Assembly: GCA_951406725.2 (NCBI GenBank)
Contig: OX597814.1
Coordinates: 126,976,001-127,040,000 of the forward strand
Length of the DNA: 64,000 nt
Source of the DNA: Octopus vulgaris
Taxonomy: Eukaryota
Direction: 5' to 3'
The notes under the pieces are model-generated. The model was not told where the DNA came from. It was given only the letters and a program-made list of their open reading frames with translations, and searched no databases. Position 1 is the stretch's first letter; every line of letters starts with the position of its first letter. Shown here piece after piece: positions 50,830 through 64,000 of this stretch. Both the position numbers and the translations under genes were made by a program.

Positions 50830-52450
50830 CTGCAATAAAGTAAATGAAATATCCCTAATTTCAAAAAGTGAATTAAATTAGAAAATAAACTTAAAATTCA
50901 TTAAAAAAAGACTGGGAAATAAATCAGACAGAAAAAACCTTCTTGAGCAAACCAACTTGAACTATTTGTTACAATATTCTATTGAAATACATTGCTTTGT
51001 TTCCATTAATTTTGAAAATAACAACGAAATTAGTAAAATAAGTGTCATTATTAAGCTGGTTTCTGGAACTTGAATTGATGGAAGATTTTAATCTAGATCA
51101 CTTTATAACAAGAAATTTGTATTCTGGAGCCAGGGGTTGTCTCAGGCAGGTTTGTATCAAAAGGGTTAAATCAAAATATTGCAACATGTTATTGCATTAG
51201 TGATAACGTGCTTTCAATAAATAAACAATTGCACTCATTTTTACAGAGTAAATTTGTATTCCCGGCATATTTTGGTTACAATATTCTACTGTTTAAAACA
51301 AGTTACCTAACCTTTAGATCTAGTAATATAACAATCATGAATTTAAATAATTTTTTTCAAATGCATTAAATAAAAAAGGGGAAAAAATGTAATAAACTTA
51401 ATATAGAGTGGACTTTGAACAAAGTGTTGCAATTTTTGATAGTGTAAATAAGCCAGTCAGCAGAAGTGAAAGGAAACGAAAGCTTCAAATATCTCTCTTC
51501 CTAAATTTTATGAAAGAATTAGGTCTAATCAGTCATGTTTATGGCTCAAAATCATCGACTGTTTCTTTATTCCAATACAAGTGTTGGAAGAATGGGGGAA
51601 CTAACCACTATGTAAAATGAAATAACAAAACAACAAAAAGATAAAATAAAATTCAAGCATTATCATAGATATTTAGGAAGTAATGTAAATAATTTTAAGC
51701 CAATTTAATATATTCCATATAAGTTACAGCTGTTTTTAGTTAGAAATACAGTAATGAAATAATGGTTGTGTGCCGTTAGACCTCTCTCCATCTATCATAG
51801 CAACAGAGATAATTCTACTTCAATTTGTTCCAGTGATAGTTGTACCTTGTATGGACATCTACATCATTTTTATCAAATCCTTCTATAGACAAACATAGAG
51901 TGATACTCATGGAAATAGAGCTTTTATGGTCACCTGAAACTCCATTCTATTCACTTAACCTCCTTACTGGACAACTCTTATAGTTCAATTCCTCTTTCTA
52001 GAATGCGAGACTCACTATGGTATCATTAGAATCTACAATGAAGTCTGACTGCTATAAGTTAACAGAGCTAACTTATACTAGAAGTTAGTACTGAGAATAA
52101 ACTAATGATAAAAGTACTTTTTCAGTTGACATGTAGAAATGAATTGGCCAAACTGAGGCAGAATTTAGATGTTAGACTGATTGTGAGAAACTTATTTCTG
52201 GTTGCATATTAGTGTAGCAATGTTGTTCATTAAGAGAAACAATGAAGAGAGTGTTTTGGTGTAAGGAATATTTACTTTGGCTGAGTCTTGCAGTTTCTGT
52301 TGAGCAACACTGACAGTAATTTCTACACCAATCATTTGAAGGTCACTAGAAACCCAAGGAAATCATGAGCTGAGATTCAAAAGCTTTGTTTTTCACTAAA
52401 ATTTGAAGGGAGGAGCAACAGTTTGTGTTATGTTGTAAAGAAAGGAAATA

Positions 52451-52805
52451 TGAGGTGGTATCAAGAAGTACCTGGACTAGTTATGCTTAATAAAAAATAA
52501 CTTATTTACCTAAGTTTTAACATCATCTTCTTTGAAATAGTCCCTGTAGCAGACTTCCCAAGTTTAATGAAAAAATTTCAAGTTGGCACTTTGTGTCAAC
52601 TTTCTGTCCATGACAAAATCACGGACTACAGCATACATGTGATAAAAAAAATACAAATTTCACAATTTGCAAAGTAAATACAGCAGTGCCACTTGGTGCA
52701 CTGCTTCATGAAGGTCACTGCTAGCTCTCACTGTGCACACAACCATGTGCTGCCATCTGTTGGGGCACTACAGAACTAGTCCAGGAACTTTTTGATACCA
52801 CCTCC
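52451..52805. mobile_element. Mariner-derived MITE
   Basis: ~31-bp TIR GAGGTGGTATCAAGAAGTACCTGGACTAGTT / AACTAGTCCAGGAACTTTTTGATACCACCTC with TA on both sides. Confidence 0.88.
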
Positions 52806-53275
52806 TATCAAATGTTTCAGACAGAGATCTTCATCCAACAATAAGAGAAGATATTCTACAAAATAAGTAAAGTAGGATAGGGTCAAGGGTAGAAAGAGAA
52901 AAGAACTCGACCAGCTACAAACCTGAAATAGAATCTATAGATTTAATTTAGAAGACAAAGAAAACAGTAAAAGGAATCCAAAATCTTAGTGGCCATATCA
53001 TGCCTGACTGACAAAATAAGCTCTATCATTATTTCATTGTTTCAAGATATCTAATTGTACAAAATTATATAATAATAATGTAATAAATACACACACTATT
53101 GTATTATATATAATGGATGGGAAGACATAGATGGTGTTAGTTTAACATACAAATCTATTAATACTATATCTCTGGCTAAACATTGACAGTTTGAACACGA
53201 CACACACAAAGAAAGACATATGAGAATGAAAAGAACTTCAAAAGATAAATATAAAAAAAATACAAAACAAATTAC

Positions 53276-53401
53276 CTGTTCTCCATTTCAGCTCCATTCT
53301 TGCCTGAAGGTCCAGCTCTGTTGAATGGTTCACGAAGAGGAGATCGATCCCGATTTGGCATGCCTGGATTTCCCCAAGGCTCTTTATCTCGCATATTAAA
53401 C
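53276..53401 (-). CDS. NCOA5: NCOA5-like exon (RDRSP region)
   Basis: FNMRDKEPWGNPGMPNRDRSPLREPFNRAGPSGKNGAEMEN(R); 126 nt, phase 2-2. Confidence 0.85.
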
Positions 53402-53976
53402 CTTTAAAAATATTAAAAATGAAAGAAATTAAAACATATAACAGTAAAAAGCAAATAAAGAAAGAAGGCAATTTAGAAATTCCTCAAATTACTTGTATCA
53501 GATATGGTTACCAACCAATAGGCAGCCCTATAAGAGAAGAAATAGCCAAGTATGGGTGTGTGGTTAAGGGTTTGCTACCATAGCAGAGTACCTTGATCAA
53601 ATGCTTTCTATCAGAGAGAGAGAGAGGGGGGGGGATTAACACACACCTTTGTGATTTTTGTTCTACACTGTGTTACACATACTCTCTTGTCCTTGCATTC
53701 AAAAATGTAGTAGTGATTGGTTTATTGGAAATCTATACACCAAACTCAAGTGTTCCTCAATTGTGGAAAAAAGTGCTCACTGAACAAATTCCTTTGTGAT
53801 ATTTGTTCCACACTAGAAGCTGGTTCATTGGAAACCTACAGTCAACATAATCATTCACCAATTGTGACATAAATTAAAAGCAGGATCAGAAAATAACTAA
53901 ATTTTATCTATATAACATTCATAATTGGTATTACTTTAAAACCAAAATCAAAGCAGAATTAAAATCAGAAACCTAC

Positions 53977-54031
53977 CTTTCATTTCTACCACTTGAATCA
54001 GAAGATTGACTTTCAACAGCCAGATTTACAT
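53977..54031 (-). CDS. NCOA5: NCOA5-like exon
   Basis: ttctcag acceptor; (N)VNLAVESQSSDSSGRNE(R); gtaggt donor; phase 1-2 joins both neighbours in frame. Confidence 0.85.
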
Positions 54032-55029
54032 CTGAGAAATTAAACAATAAAATACATTAACTCATAAAACCCATTACAGTGTTAATTTAAATAAACTACA
54101 ATCAAGTTTTCTTAACATATGTTGGTTTGGTTAGCGATCCTGTTAGAAATCTTACAATTAGAGCTAGCAGTTGTGTTAATTTCTGATTTAGTTTATTGTT
54201 GAATGTAGTGGGTAGGACAACCAACATTGTCAACTGCCGCTATGGTAAAGAAAACCATTAAAAAAGGATCTTGAGCAAATGGATCAAATTATTATGGTGG
54301 TAGAATGCAAGAAGTTTTTCATTAAAACCAAGCAAGGAGACAGCCACTTGAGATGAATGGGTAACAAATGCTGTTCAAGCTATACCTGAGCATTACAACT
54401 AAGATCTTCTGTGCTAGTATTTTAAAATAAAATCAATGGAAGAAAAAAGAAAACACCTAAATGTAAATTAGCTATCATAAAAAAAAATCTTTCTTGTTAT
54501 TTTATCACTTAGTAACATCCAGTATAAATTGGACAGGTTTTGCAATATAGTATATTTGCATATGTCATCTTATCGAAAAATTATCAAAAATAAATGTTTT
54601 TTCTGGATTTAGCTTCCAATTATTTCTTCCTATAATGGATTAGATTACAAATGGTATTTAATAATGGAGATAATTACGATGAATTACACTTATGAAATAT
54701 TATCCACATTTGACTGTTTACCAATTTGTAAGTGATATGAAACCATTCCGAGTAGAGCCAAACTCTGTTCAGTTGAGTAACACTGATGCGAGTATGGTCA
54801 TATAATAAGGATTTTACTTTCTTTGAGATTTTCAAATATCTATTAGTGACTTGTATTGAGTAAGTTTGTAGAAATGACAGGAACAGTAAACAAAAAAATG
54901 AAATAAAATGATAAATTATTTTGAAAATGCTGACATAGTTTTTAAGAGAAAGATCAGTGACATGGTTTCTGACTGCTTAGCCTAACAGTAGTGTTTTGTA
55001 AAGAAATAGATAGAAACATTCATTCTTAC

Positions 55030-55137
55030 TTATTATCTGTCCTTTTATCATACAGAACATCTCCGCAGATATTGCTGCCTTTGCATCCTCTTCTTTCTCA
55101 AACTGAATGAAGGCACAATTATGATAACTTTCAATTG
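55030..55137 (-). CDS. NCOA5: NCOA5-like exon (RRM second half, RNP1-like)
   Basis: tttgcag acceptor; IESYHNCAFIQFEKEEDAKAAISAEMFCMIKGQII; gtaaga donor; phase 1-1; upstream exon not found in window. Confidence 0.85.
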
Positions 55138-58100
55138 CTGCAAATAAAAGATCAAATTTGTATTGAAAATCATATTATGCAAACAAAAACATCATTTCAA
55201 GGCTGTTCAAATTTAAACCTTGTTAAAATACATGTCTATCTGAAATGTAGTTTCCAGATGCCATCAACTAATGCTGGTATCAAGAAACAGAACTCTAGCA
55301 GTAATGTCATGGTATTTTGTAGAACTACCAATTTTATCAAAAAATGATTAGATTTATAAATATTATCCTAGATATTTCTCCGAACATTGTTTTAAAGTGT
55401 TGTTTGCTTTAAGGGACAACTACTGCACACTATTGACCAGTTGTGTGAGTGAATGAAATTAAAGGGTTAAATTTGGTCAATTTTTTAATATCTGTTATTT
55501 AACACCAGGTTAGCTATGATTGTGCATAATTATGATCAAAGGCATTCTAGCTGTGACCATCCTGTCTTTTTCTCATGTGCAAGGCACTCAGGATCACATT
55601 ATTCAATCTGCCCTTTTCTCAGATGAAGGGGTGTGATTCAAGAGAGGTAAGGTTGTTATTTCTTGCAGATCAAATGACTATGTAAAGCACACTTGTAAAG
55701 AGCTACTGAAACTATGTGTTCATAAATGAATCTGCACAAAATTGATAGGACTATTACTATTAGTTGTCAACAGTAAAACTGTTCACTACTGAGTGTGCTT
55801 TCTTTCTACTGGCCAGTTTGAGTGTTCCGGTTGACTACAACTACAACCCTTGGTAAGATTTCTAGTTAGGTTTTAGAGTGACTGATAAAACTCATCCTTC
55901 TCTTGATCTATTGCAATCTACTCTAACCTCATCTGTTATTTATTTAACATCACCACCTTGGGTGCTTTTAGCAGAGTTCACTCAGTTGTAAGCATTCTGA
56001 TCTGATTTTAGGCCTAGTAACCCATACTTTCTTCTTCCCTTTCCTCCTAGCAATCCTAAGATGCCTTGCAAAGGTCATGGCTGATGGTCTTTCTCCTCTG
56101 AGTAAGCCAAAAGAGAAAAGGAGGAAAATACGTGTTATTACTAGTGATAAGGCATCTTTTTTTCCCCACAACTTTTTTATGCATTACCTTATCTTTTCCA
56201 TTATCTTTCCTGTTACATATTTCAGTCACTGGACTCTGGTTATGCTGGGCACCACCTTGAATGTGAACAAAGTGACCCCAGTACTTATTTCTGAAGCCTG
56301 GTACTTATCCTATCAGACTCTTTTGTTGAACCACTGAATTATGGCAATGTAAACAAACCAACACTGGTTGACAAGCAGTGTGGGACACACACACACAAGA
56401 CAATCTTCCAAACAGTTTGTCTACCAAATTCACTCATAAGGCACGGGTCAACTCAGGATTATAACAGAAGGTGCCACACAGTGAGAAAGAATCCAAAACC
56501 GAGCTTCTTAAAACCAGTCATGGTTATGCCTAGAGATAGTTTTCTAAATTTGGATGACTCTCCAATGAAAGGCAAGTGTTAAATTTCTTATAATTTTTCT
56601 TGTTACACTCTTCCTCTACCCAAATGACATTCAGAGTAATATCATGTCAGCAAAACATGTCCCTACAACAGGTTTTTATCTGGCTTTTGAACAAAGACAT
56701 CAGAAGTAAAAAAAACAAAGTGAATGAAAATATTGAAGAAAATACTTTTGGGAAAAAAATGATATGTCCAGCAAATTTGAAGACACAATAACAAACAAAG
56801 CATACATGTAAATCTCTTCCATGTCAAATAAAGAAAATAGCAAGTAAGCTAATAGTTTCAAATTTGCTTATAACTACAAGTAAATTTTTAAGCTGGTGCA
56901 GACACTAAATACTTGGCAATGTTTTGTAACACAAGCTAAGTATCTCTACTTGACTTTTTAATTTAAAAAAAAAAAGTTTTCCTCATACCCTTGAGGGAAG
57001 AATTACAGTTAGCTGTAGCTGACATGTGAGAAGAAATATCACATCCATAGAGCAAAGGTACAGCTAAGGCACAGGGTGTGCTAGTTTTTAAAATTTCCAC
57101 AGCTTTTTAATGCATTACCTTATCTTTTCTTTTGGCTTTCTTGTTACACATTTGAGCCACTGGACTGTAGCTATGTTGGGCAACTGCCTTGAACACGAAC
57201 AAATTGACTGCAGTACTTATTTCTTAAGCCTGGTACTTATATTGTCAGATTCTTTTGCCCAACTGCTTATATAAGTGGGGGGGAATATTTGAGATAGGAG
57301 AGGTGGCTTTATGGTGTTGAGAGGCTGCAGTATGACTGAGAGACAAGTGCAGGTGTCTTGCTATAGTAAAGATACATGGCTACCCAGAATTTTGTAAAGG
57401 TGGGTAGGAGTACTTGGGGTGATAGTGATGGGGTGACAAAATACAAGAAGGTGAGCATGAGAGGATACAATCGACTGGGGAAGGAAGAAGAGAATATATA
57501 TATGTGAGTGTGCATATACACACACATGCACACCACTTATGTATCGCTACATCTCCCTCCCCACTGTTCATAAAATTTGCACATCAATTTCCTACCTTCT
57601 GATCTATCTTCACTCACATATATCATCAACATTTAACATCCAGTCTCCATGCTGGTATGGATTGGATGGTCTGACACAGAGCAGGCTAGTAGGGAGCTGT
57701 CCAGACTCTGTTGTGGCAAGGTTTCTATTGGCTGGATGCCATTCCTAAAGCCAACCACTTAACAGTGTGCTAGGTGCTTTTTAAGTGGCACTGACAATCT
57801 TGTATGTGTGAAAGACAATTTTACTTAGCTTGATATGTCTTACCAAGTACAGCAAATCGCCACGTCTCCCGATCCTTTGTCATTTCCTCACACACACACA
57901 AACAAACACAAGGTGCATGCATGTCTGTGTGGTTAAGAAATTTACTTTGCACCCATGTTTCAGGTGTCTTCTACTATTGTCCTAGGCCAACAAATGCTTT
58001 GTGAGTGAATTTAGTAGACAGAAACTGAGTGGAAACTTGTCATACAAGCGTTTATATGTGTTTGCTTGAGCGTCTTAGTGCATGTTTCCCAACTGCTTGA

Positions 58101-59741
58101 CAACTGGTGTAGGTTTATGTCCCCATAACTTAGCAGTTTGGCAAGAGTACAGCAGAATAAGTACCAAACTTAAAATAAGTGTTGGGGTCAATTTCTTCAT
58201 CTAACCCTTCAAGGAATGGCTCCAATGACTGAAACAAGGGTAAAAAAGAATGGACGAACACACACACACACACGGATGTATATGTATGTTCCATTTTATT
58301 TTAAAGCTATGATTTTGCCCATTTTCTCATGTTAGCATAGGTTAGACAAATATATTTTATAGCTGGATGCCCTTCCTGTTCTTAACCGTTACCTGTTTTC
58401 CACTCTTGCTTCACACAATTTTGAAGGTGTGAAGACTGGGTAATTTGTTGACAAGAGAAGTAGCAATAGCATCACTCATAGCCAGCAACTTTTATGAAGC
58501 ATACATGCAAACAAACAAACATCCATGCACATGCACACATGCATAAACAAACATACTGGGTTTCTTTCTGGTTGTCTACCATATTCACTTATGGCTTTGG
58601 TTGGCTTGACTACAGTAAAAGATACTTATCCAAGATGCTATGCCTGCACAGAGATATCAAGTTAATAGATGAGGTCATGACAGCTACTGAAAGAGTTATA
58701 GTGTAACTTACCAGGAAGAGAATCAACCTAGATGAGATACTGTATGGTTGTGTGTTGGAAAAGAAGTATCACTTTCTTAGCAGTGAGACAACTTGATACA
58801 TAAATTATATGATGATGTTTGATGGATGCCACCAGTCTGATCTGATCTGGACCAGTCACACCTATCAAATATCATCATCAAACATCAATCAAATATTAAA
58901 CCCTAACCCTATACCTAACCATTCCAAATCAGACCGGCATATGTATACAAGTATGTGTATGTGTGTCCTCTCTGTCTGTGTCTGTCTCTCTATATATGTA
59001 TATAGCCTATCATAGTGATGTCAATATCTATTTCAGTGTAGTATTTACTTCATTAAGGTATGAGTTTAGCTTCAAACAACTTCTATGCATGGGTAAGAGT
59101 GTGGTTGTTACTTTCTGTTGCTTCCTTTCAGCACGTAAAAAGCACCATCCGAACGTGGCCGATTGCAGCGCCGCCACGACTGGCTTCTGTGCCGGTGGCA
59201 CGTAAAAAGCACCAACCGATCGTTGTCGCTGCGAGTTCCCCTGGCACCTGTCCCGGCGGCACGAAAAAAGCACCCACTACACTCACAGAGTGGTTGGCGT
59301 TAGGAAGGTCATCCACCTGTAGAAACACTGCCAGATCAGACTGGAGCCTGGTGCAGCCTCCTGGCTTCCCAGACCCCGGTCAAACTGTCCAACCCGTGCT
59401 AGCACGGAAAACGGACGTTAAACGATGATGATGATGATGATGATGATGATTCTCCCTCTTTGTTTCTCTCTTACTCTTCCTTTCTCTCGGACTCTCCCTC
59501 GCTTTCTCTTACTCTCTATCTTTATCTATCTCTCTCCCATTTATAAACAACAAAAGATCTTGAGTAAGTTGAGAAATAAAATATTTAGAAAGATCAATCA
59601 TAAATATCAGGCAGTGGCAACGGAAAGGTCTGCTTCAAGGCAGACAGCAAAACGCTAACATTTAAAAGGGACAGACAAACTTGCGAGCTGAATAAAAATA
59701 ATAAAATATTGGAAACCAAAGTTTGAAGGGATAGAATCTGA

Positions 59742-59998
59742 GGATAGTAGAGTCACCATGGCTGGCATTTCTTAATGACGGACAGCAACGTATTGACAGT
59801 TTAATGGCTGGCGTAAAATTTTGAACTTGATGTAAAAGAAAATTCGTAAACACCAAGTTTTGAAGTGATTCTTTCTCACGACAGTAGACTCACCATGGTA
59901 AGAATTCAAAACTTCTTCATCATGGACAGCAACACATTGACGATTAAAAGGCTGGTGCAAATTTTTTAGCTTGATGTAACAGAGAATTCCTAAACACT
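59742..59998. repeat. Two diverged direct copies of a ~135-bp unit
   Basis: GA(T/C)AGTAGA.TCACCATGG...GGACAGCAAC...GGCTGG...CTTGATGTAA.AGA.AATTC.TAAACAC occurs twice. Confidence 0.8.
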
Positions 59999-60719
59999 CG
60001 CTCCTTTAAATTTTAATCCCCTTCCAGCCCCATTTAGACCCCTTTTCACATTTTGGTTAATATAACTCGATTTCATTCGGGTCTACTGGGGCCACATTTT
60101 ATAAGATGAGGAATTTTGTCCTAGAGGTCATGCCTTTCATTTGAGGAAAAAAATAGTTGTCATGCAAACTTGCCAGCACTTTTAACATAGGTGTGCATAT
60201 TTTCAGCTGAACCAACCAACCACATAATGCACACATTATATATACAAATGTATACAAATTATATATATATATATATGTATAAATTAAATTAGAGATAAAA
60301 CCACTAATAGGCAAATCAAACAGTGAAAAAACAAAAACATAAAAATATAATATAGAAAATATATAACATATAAAATTGAAAAATTTAAAATAAACATTAT
60401 TAAATTATATTTATAATTTGTTTAAAAATATATATAACTATCAAAAAGTATTAACAAGTTAATTAAATAGATATATACATTATATATACATATTTATATA
60501 TAGAACACACATACATATATAAATGAACGCAATAAATATCTGATTCATAATATCTGTTCTCATGAATGTGTTGGTGGTGGCAATGATAATTGTCTCTTTG
60601 AATGCAGACAGCGAGATAAAGAACGCAGTGTTATAAAAGGAAAGTGAAGGGGAGTTAGAGGGGAAGGGAGGAAATAGCGTGAGTGAGTTGAGGAAGACAG
60701 ATACGTAAAAGAATCGGAG

Positions 60720-60910
60720 TGGACTAGTCAAAGTAGGTTTTTGGCCCTAGCAACGACACCTTTTAAGATAGGGATTTCTAAGGTAGCCCACGGGCATCGT
60801 CACCTCATTTTATATGTCCCTGTAAATTTTGGAGTGAATCCGACAGGATGTAGTGGCCTTGAAAGCGATCCAAGCGGTGAAAACGCATTTCAGTTTTATA
60901 TATAGAGATA
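60720..60910 (-). mobile_element. Possible non-autonomous Helitron-like element
   Basis: Minus strand begins TCTCTATATATAAAACTG (Helitron-type 5' TC end); CpG-rich; 3' hairpin not convincingly located. Confidence 0.4.
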
Positions 60911-61329
60911 TATATAAGTCTGTATTTGTATTTGTGTCCATGTATCAGTCTAAATGTAACCAATGCTTGAACATGCATACATACATATGGGCATTTACAT
61001 TCAGAGAGGGTGGTTGATATCTTTTCTTATCAATTAATACTACCTTGGCTAGGGTAACTGTGATGGTACGTGGCTTAGTGGTTAGAGTACTTGGCTCACA
61101 ATCATAAGGTCATGAGTTTTGTTCCCGGTAACTCTTTATTTCATGTTGCTCCAGTTCACTCAGCTAGCAAAAATGAGTAGTACCTGTGTTTCAAAGGGCC
61201 AGCCATGTCACATTCTGTGTCATGCTGAATCTCCCTGAGAACTAGGTTAAGGGTACATGTGTCTGTGGAGTGTTCAGCCACTTGCATGTTAATTTCACGA
61301 GCAGGCTGTTCCTTTGATGAAAATTTTTG

Positions 61330-61662
61330 ATGGGAACTGGTTCAGACCAGTTGCATCCATCAAACATCATCATCTCTAAACCAGATCAAACTGGTCCAAA
61401 CCAGATCAGACCGGTCTGATCCAGTTTGATGATGATGTTTGATGGATGTGACCTTTCTGATCTGGTTTTGACCAGTCTGGAATGTTCTGATCTGATTTTA
61501 ACTGATCTGGACTGTTCTGATCCAGTTTGGACCAGTTAGGGTTAGGGTTTGATGAAGATGTTTGAAGATATCGTGAGGTTTGATGGATGAAGATGTTGGA
61601 TGAAGTTATTTGATGAAAATGTTTGGATGTAACTGGTCAGATCCAAATTCGACCGGTCTAGA
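61330..61662. repeat. Palindromic 10-bp-periodic repeat with TTAGGG motif (relative at 58809-58938)
   Basis: Perfect 18-bp palindrome 61404-61421; perfect 21-bp inverted arms 61354-61374 / 61428-61448; GTTAGGGTTAGGG near 61535. Confidence 0.8.
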
Positions 61663-61689
61663 ACTACTTACTAGTACTAACCAATAGAA

Positions 61690-62780
61690 GGACTCTAACA
61701 AGGTCTCACACTTGCTAAGTGAAGCTAGGAGAATGGCTTGTGAGGGCCATGTAAGTCATGTATAAAGGTGCTGTAAGCAAGGTGAGAGTTAGTAATGGAG
61801 ATAGCAATGAATTTAGTATAAAGGTAAGTTCCATCGTGCAGAATTCTCAGTTCCTTTTCATTTACTACAGTCTATTAGGCTAAAACAGAAGTATTTAAGA
61901 TGGTTGTCCATGAGAACTTATATATATCCAAGTGACCTAATAATATAAGAATTCAAATAAATTCTTATATATGAATCTGTAATAGAATTAGAGAAGATAT
62001 TCCGTACATGGTAGCAAAACCTAGAATCAAGAGGCCTCAAAGTAAATTTTAGCAAAGACAAAAGTCTTAGTAAGTTGGAAGGAAGACAAGGCCCTGGTAC
62101 TGTTAGAGAAATGGCTGTGCTTGATAAGCAGAAAAGAAGTAGAAATTCCATTCAATGTACCCAGTGACACTCAGAAGGTGTAGTGGTATCAGAGAGAGGC
62201 AAATGAGGAAGGCAGACTTCATAATGCAATGGATACTCAGAAACAGTGACCATTAAGGACACATAAGATAAAGTCTTTAAAATGCTTTGATGGTACAAGA
62301 AGTGTCTGGTACTTAGATGACCTTAGTGGAGGTGAATGCATCAAACGTATAGTAACCCGTATAAGATAGGATTGGAAGATCAGGGAACCATTACTCTTAG
62401 AGTGAAGGGAAGAGTCTGTGTGTGAAGTGCAATGCTGTATGATAATGAGACATGGCCATTGAATGCAAAGGATTTGTGAAATGAGGTCAGCATACTTTAC
62501 TGGATATGTAGTGTTAGGGTGCATAAACAATGGATAGATAGACTAAGAGGCAAGCTGTGTACAAGAATAATTAAATGCAGTAAACAAAAGAGAGGACTGT
62601 ACTGGTATGGGCATGTGATGTGTATGAAGAACAACAGCTGTATAAAGAAGTGCAGCCACTGAAAGTGAATGCCATCTGAGAAAATGATGAAAACTGATCT
62701 TAGAATGATTAACCTTACAGAGGAGATGACAGTGGCTGCAGTGATTGGTGACATGCAGTGCTGGAGAAAACCTGCCTAGC
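61690..62780 (+). mobile_element. Old decayed RTE LINE
   Basis: Collinear with the 3555-5430 copy (tggcttgtgagggcc, ctagaatcaagaggcct, tactggtatgggcatgtg). Confidence 0.8.
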
Positions 62781-63559
62781 TATGCTTGCATAGTGAAATG
62801 TCAGTTGCCAATACACCCACTTAAAATGGAAATGACATTAGGTAACATGCACCAGCATAAGACAAGATCTTTGAAAAGAACAACAAAAGTCTTAGGGGTG
62901 CATCAGTTGATCTGGATTCAAAAGACACAAGACTATCTATCTCAGCACACAAATCTACCTTAAGAAACATCCAAAAATGGCTACCACACACACTGCCTTG
63001 CATGCAGCTCAAGTTCTATTCATAAGTATTTGATCTTTTACTATGGAGCAATGGGAATAAAATTATCTATCTCAGACACACGCACATATTACGGAGATGT
63101 ACTTGCATAGCAAGTGACCTGATCTGAAATTGTGTGCTGAAACAAAAATAGCTGCAGCATGGAAGGTGTTTATAAGCCATTTAAAAACACACAAAAACCA
63201 TTAGATTCATTGCAACATTTAAATCTAATATGCCAAACATGTTTGAATGAGGATGTTTGACAGTGTTCAAAGAAATATTATCTCTACTCAAAAGTTCTCA
63301 ACAGGTTTGCAAACTGGTCTCACTGTTTGAAGAAAGCGGTTCACTCACTGCAGACCCTCAGAGTGCAAGTTACCCAATAAATAATTCAATAGTAGGTTCA
63401 CTCACTACTGGTAAAAAGATGTACCAGAGTTTTTCAGCACTATGGCCCTACTAGAAGTTGTAATTATCAATTGAATAAATTTAGAAGAAACTGCTATGAT
63501 AGTTGTCTTGTGTAGACTCAGGAGCTAACCCTGACAACTTCCAAGTGATTTTCCTAAAG

Positions 63560-63900
63560 GCATTTAAAGAAACCCCAGACAAACTATTTTAGTTGCTTTC
63601 CTAAAGTTTAGAGGGAAGCGCCAAAATCTAACAGAATCTGAAGGTGGGCATATATGTTCAATAAGAAGCAGAGCTTGATACAAAAAATTATTGATTTGTA
63701 CCTCTGACTTCACATATTAGTAAGATCATAAAATATATTGTCAAGGAAAACTTGATTATGTTCTTAAAGGAAAATAGTTTGTTGAATGATACTCATCATG
63801 GTTTCTACACAGGCAGAAGCTGCTCAACCAACCAAATGTAGAAGCAGTGCAGCTGGACTTAGCAAAGGCTTTTAACAAAACTGATCATGTGGACAATACA
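63560..63900 (+). mobile_element. CR1/L2-group RT fragment
   Basis: FVPLTSHISKI, LLNDTHHGFYTGRSCSTN, LDLAKAFNKTDH. Confidence 0.7.
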
Positions 63901-64000
63901 CCACAAATTTTGTGATTTAGCCAATGGTGTTCTCTTTGCATTGTCAATAGTTAGGATATTACAAAATATGGTTCTAAGGCTGATAATGTCTTTAATAGCC

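Noticed and set aside
58700-58790. Minus-strand donor (CCTG|gtaagt) as the missing first NCOA5 exon
   Set aside because: The required phase-1 frame hits a TAG six codons upstream and shows no RNP2 motif
61535-61550. Telomere or interstitial telomeric site
   Set aside because: Only two TTAGGG units, embedded in a dispersed repeat

Overview
AT-rich (about one-third GC), repeat-dense eukaryotic genomic DNA. The SINE/LINE repertoire suggests an octopus or other coleoid cephalopod (inference). Two intron-containing genes converge. On +, a complete 10-exon KDSR (3-ketodihydrosphingosine reductase, 331 aa, CDS 235-19706, all introns phase 0, GT-AG). On -, eight coding exons of an NCOA5/Neos-like gene (55137 down to 43061) whose first coding exon(s) were not found and probably lie beyond the window end. 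The remainder is mostly decayed mobile DNA: RTE LINEs and their (GAT)n-tailed 3' fragments, CR1/L2-group LINEs, an RLE-type retrotransposon remnant, three tRNA-derived SINE families, mariner remnants, a TTAA MITE family and probable Helitron-like pieces. Most notable: a young GC-rich bipartite RTE with a structured 5' motif and a flatworm-like C-terminus, an inverted LINE pair bracketing KDSR exons 3-8, a palindromic TTAGGG-bearing repeat family, and orphan exon-like segments between the genes. No clearly new biological system is established from sequence alone.
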